Shown one piece after another: positions 61,500 to 64,000 of a stretch of DNA of 64,000 nucleotides (positions within the stretch are counted from its first letter, which is position 1; each line of letters opens with the position of its first letter). The notes beneath the pieces are model-generated. The model was not told the origin of the DNA. It saw only the letters and a list, made by a program, of their open reading frames with translations, and ran no database searches. A program made the position numbers and the translations under genes. The stretch is from positions 28,769,917-28,833,916 of the forward strand of contig NC_068994.1 in assembly GCF_001194135.2 (NCBI RefSeq). The letters run 5' to 3'. Source of the stretch: Octopus bimaculoides (lineage: Eukaryota).

Positions 61500-61890
61500 T
61501 ATTTATGTGTGTGTCTGTGTTTGTCTCCCCCATCACTGCTTGATAACCGGTGTTGGTGTGTTTGCATCCTCATAACTTAGCAGTTTGGCAAAAGAATATG
61601 TTGGAATAAGTACTAGGCTTAAAAGAAGTCCTGGAGTTGTTTTGTTCAACAAAAACATTTTAAGGTAGTGCTCCAGCATGGCCGCAGTCAAATGGCTGAA
61701 ACACGCAAAAGAATAAAAGAATATATATATATATGGAGGGTTTCTTTCAGTTTCTATCTACCAAATCCACTCACAAGGCCTTGGTTGAGGCTATAGTAAA
61801 AGACATGTACCTAAGGTGCCACACAGTGGGACTGAATCTGGAACCATGTGATTGGGAAGCAAGCTTCTTACCACCCAGTTATGTCTGTGC
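61500..61890. mobile_element. Two SINE family A halves in opposite orientation
   Basis: 3' half on + (61500-61720), 5' half on - (61730-61890). Confidence 0.75.
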
Positions 61891-63064
61891 CTTTAAATAA
61901 ACATTCTTAATTTTATAACAGAATATTGGGAATATTATTAGCCAATTAATTAAATAATGAATTTATCAATGTTCCCTTGGTGTAGATTACTAGTTAATCG
62001 CATGAAAGCTCCCAAGTTAGTGACATATCAGCATGATACACACACACACGACACACACATACAGACATATACACATTACTGTCCGTATGAATATATTTAA
62101 GAATGCTTGTATATATTCATAGATGTATGTATGTATGTATGTATGTATGCATGCATGTATGTATGCATGCATGTATGCATGCATATATGTATATGTATGT
62201 ATGCATATGTGTGTGTGTTTGTGTGTGTGTGTGTATGTGTGTGTGTGTCTGTGTGTCTGTGTGATCAGTCAATGTTGAGAATTTGTAAGCAAAAAAAAAC
62301 AGGTTTCTAAGGTTGCATATAACGCTTTATAAGTATACATTTGATATAGTATTTCCATTTATATATATGCACTTGATATAGCATTTCCTTTGCCAGAATA
62401 TTTAAGTTACACCAGAGAAAATATTGTATTAAAAATTTATCTAAAGACCAAGAGAAATAAGTGAAATAGCTGATAGGATTAAGCCTATGAATTTAGAATA
62501 CAGCGATGTATTTATATGTTTAAAACATAGTTAAGATTTGTTGTAGAATCAAACTAACAGGACACAGCCCAAATTTTCTGCAAAACTCTATGAGCAGCAA
62601 ATTCACTACTTATTCATTTCAGATGTTTTTCTAATACTTATCAGAGATCATTTAAAGCAGTCTAATTGAAAATAACTCACAGTTGTAAAGCAAAGCAAAA
62701 AAGTGTCTTAATTTCAGCAGAGTAAGATTATTTGTATGACGACCATTAGAAAAGCACTAATACAACTCAAAAATATATGAATTTGTGAATATTCAAGTTT
62801 TGTTGCATAACTAGAGCACAACACATGTTTTAAATATACAAATATACTTCAATATATTATCAATGTTTTAATTGTTTATACTGGTTATTAAGTTATTAAC
62901 TATACAGGAATGTCTTAGAAAATGTGTGTGTGTGTGTGATTCATGCCAATGACTAAATCCATTGCTACTCTGAGTTTCTCCCTATTGTATGTCAACTCTG
63001 GTAGCAAGGAGATTTCATCAAATAAACAAACTGTGGAACATATATTGAATGCTATTTACAATTT

Positions 63065-63126
<62 letters not shown>

Positions 63127-63198
63127 TCTCTATATATATACTTTGTAACTTTTATGTAATTGTTTTGCAAGATTCCTGGTGTAAAATTGTGTTGAAAC

Positions 63199-63270
63199 AG
63201 ATATTGTTATATGTGGGGAAGGTTATATTTTCACTAAAGCACTATATACTTGGTCTTCACTTCTGCTTTA

Positions 63271-63313
<43 letters not shown>

Positions 63314-63495
63314 GTTAGTGTCTTTTGTCTAAGCTCATTCATCACACATCCTGTGACCTCTTCATCAACTCTTTATCCCACACATCTCTTGTTCTGCAAA
63401 ATGGACTAAACAGAACAAGAGGAGACATATGGGATAAAGAGTTACTGAAGCAATCACAGGATGCAAGATGAAAGAGCTTAGCCAAAGGACATAAA

Positions 63496-63536
<41 letters not shown>

Positions 63537-63614
63537 AGTTGAAGTGAAGACCAGGAATATAGCATACGTGTTTAATTAGCAAAAATATGACCATCCCCAC
63601 ATAAAACAATATCT
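63199..63614. repeat. Fold-back element with ~200-bp imperfect arms that include (TAT)n/(ATA)n
   Basis: Centre ctcttgttctg-14 nt-cagaacaagag; outer agatattgtt / aacaatatct; the ORF track shows mirrored peptides on the two strands. Confidence 0.88.
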
Positions 63615-63639
63615 CATATATATATATATATATATATAT

Positions 63640-63870
63640 AGGAGAATTCACAAAAAAACAACAGACGAAGACAGGCGGTGTAAACAACAGAGAAAGTCTT
63701 TAACGTTTCGAGCCTACACTCTTCAACAGGAAGGAACACAGAAAGAAACAAGGAGTATAGTTCAAATTTACAGAAAACAAAAGACAAAGGCAGGTGAGGG
63801 AACAGTGAGCAAGTGTATTGCTTTAATGCTCGGTAAGAATGGAAAAGTCTTTGACATTTCAAGACTACAA
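63640..63870 (-). mobile_element. Penelope-like terminal repeat (family 2), ~1.5 tandem copies
   Basis: Homologous to 22150-22345; hammerhead-like motif at 63698-63733; second partial copy at ~63785-63870. Confidence 0.7.
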
Positions 63871-63955
63871 GAGGAAAAAAAAATAGAGTGAGAACGTTAA
63901 AAAACAGAGAAAGAAATTAATGTGTAGGGATTACAGTTTAACATGGTGAAATATA

Positions 63956-64000
<45 letters not shown>

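Noticed and set aside
6630-63687. ORFs made of IYIY, CVCV, SLSL, poly-I, poly-Y or poly-N peptides
   Set aside because: Translations of di- and trinucleotide microsatellites.

Overview
AT-rich, gap-containing animal genomic DNA packed with microsatellites and transposon relics. The repeat landscape (TTAGGG repeats, tRNA-derived SINEs, RTE LINEs with (CAT)n tails, a single-exon C2H2 zinc-finger CDS) suggests a coleoid cephalopod such as Octopus; this is inference, not a database match. The only intact host CDS is a 484-aa C2H2 zinc-finger protein (30550-32004, +). The rest is degraded mobile DNA: three Tc1/mariner copies, several RTE LINEs, CR1-type LINE pieces, a piggyBac relic with candidate TTAA-flanked ends, two L1/Tx1 elements, an R4/Dong-type LINE, a Ty3/Gypsy integrase plus LTR, Penelope-like (PLE) fragments, many SINEs and MITEs, and about ten fold-back inverted repeats. 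Top leads: (1) a PLE terminal module that joins a tRNA-like Pol III head to a minimal dimer-type hammerhead ribozyme, plus a second hammerhead family with a variant core; (2) the zinc-finger protein, whose alternating recognition helices predict binding to (GA)n microsatellites; (3) an RTE tail in which about 100 nt were replaced by telomeric repeats seeded at GTTAGG; (4) RTE 5' junctions carrying inverted copies of their own 3' junction. All family assignments come from reading motifs by eye; no searches or folding programs were run.
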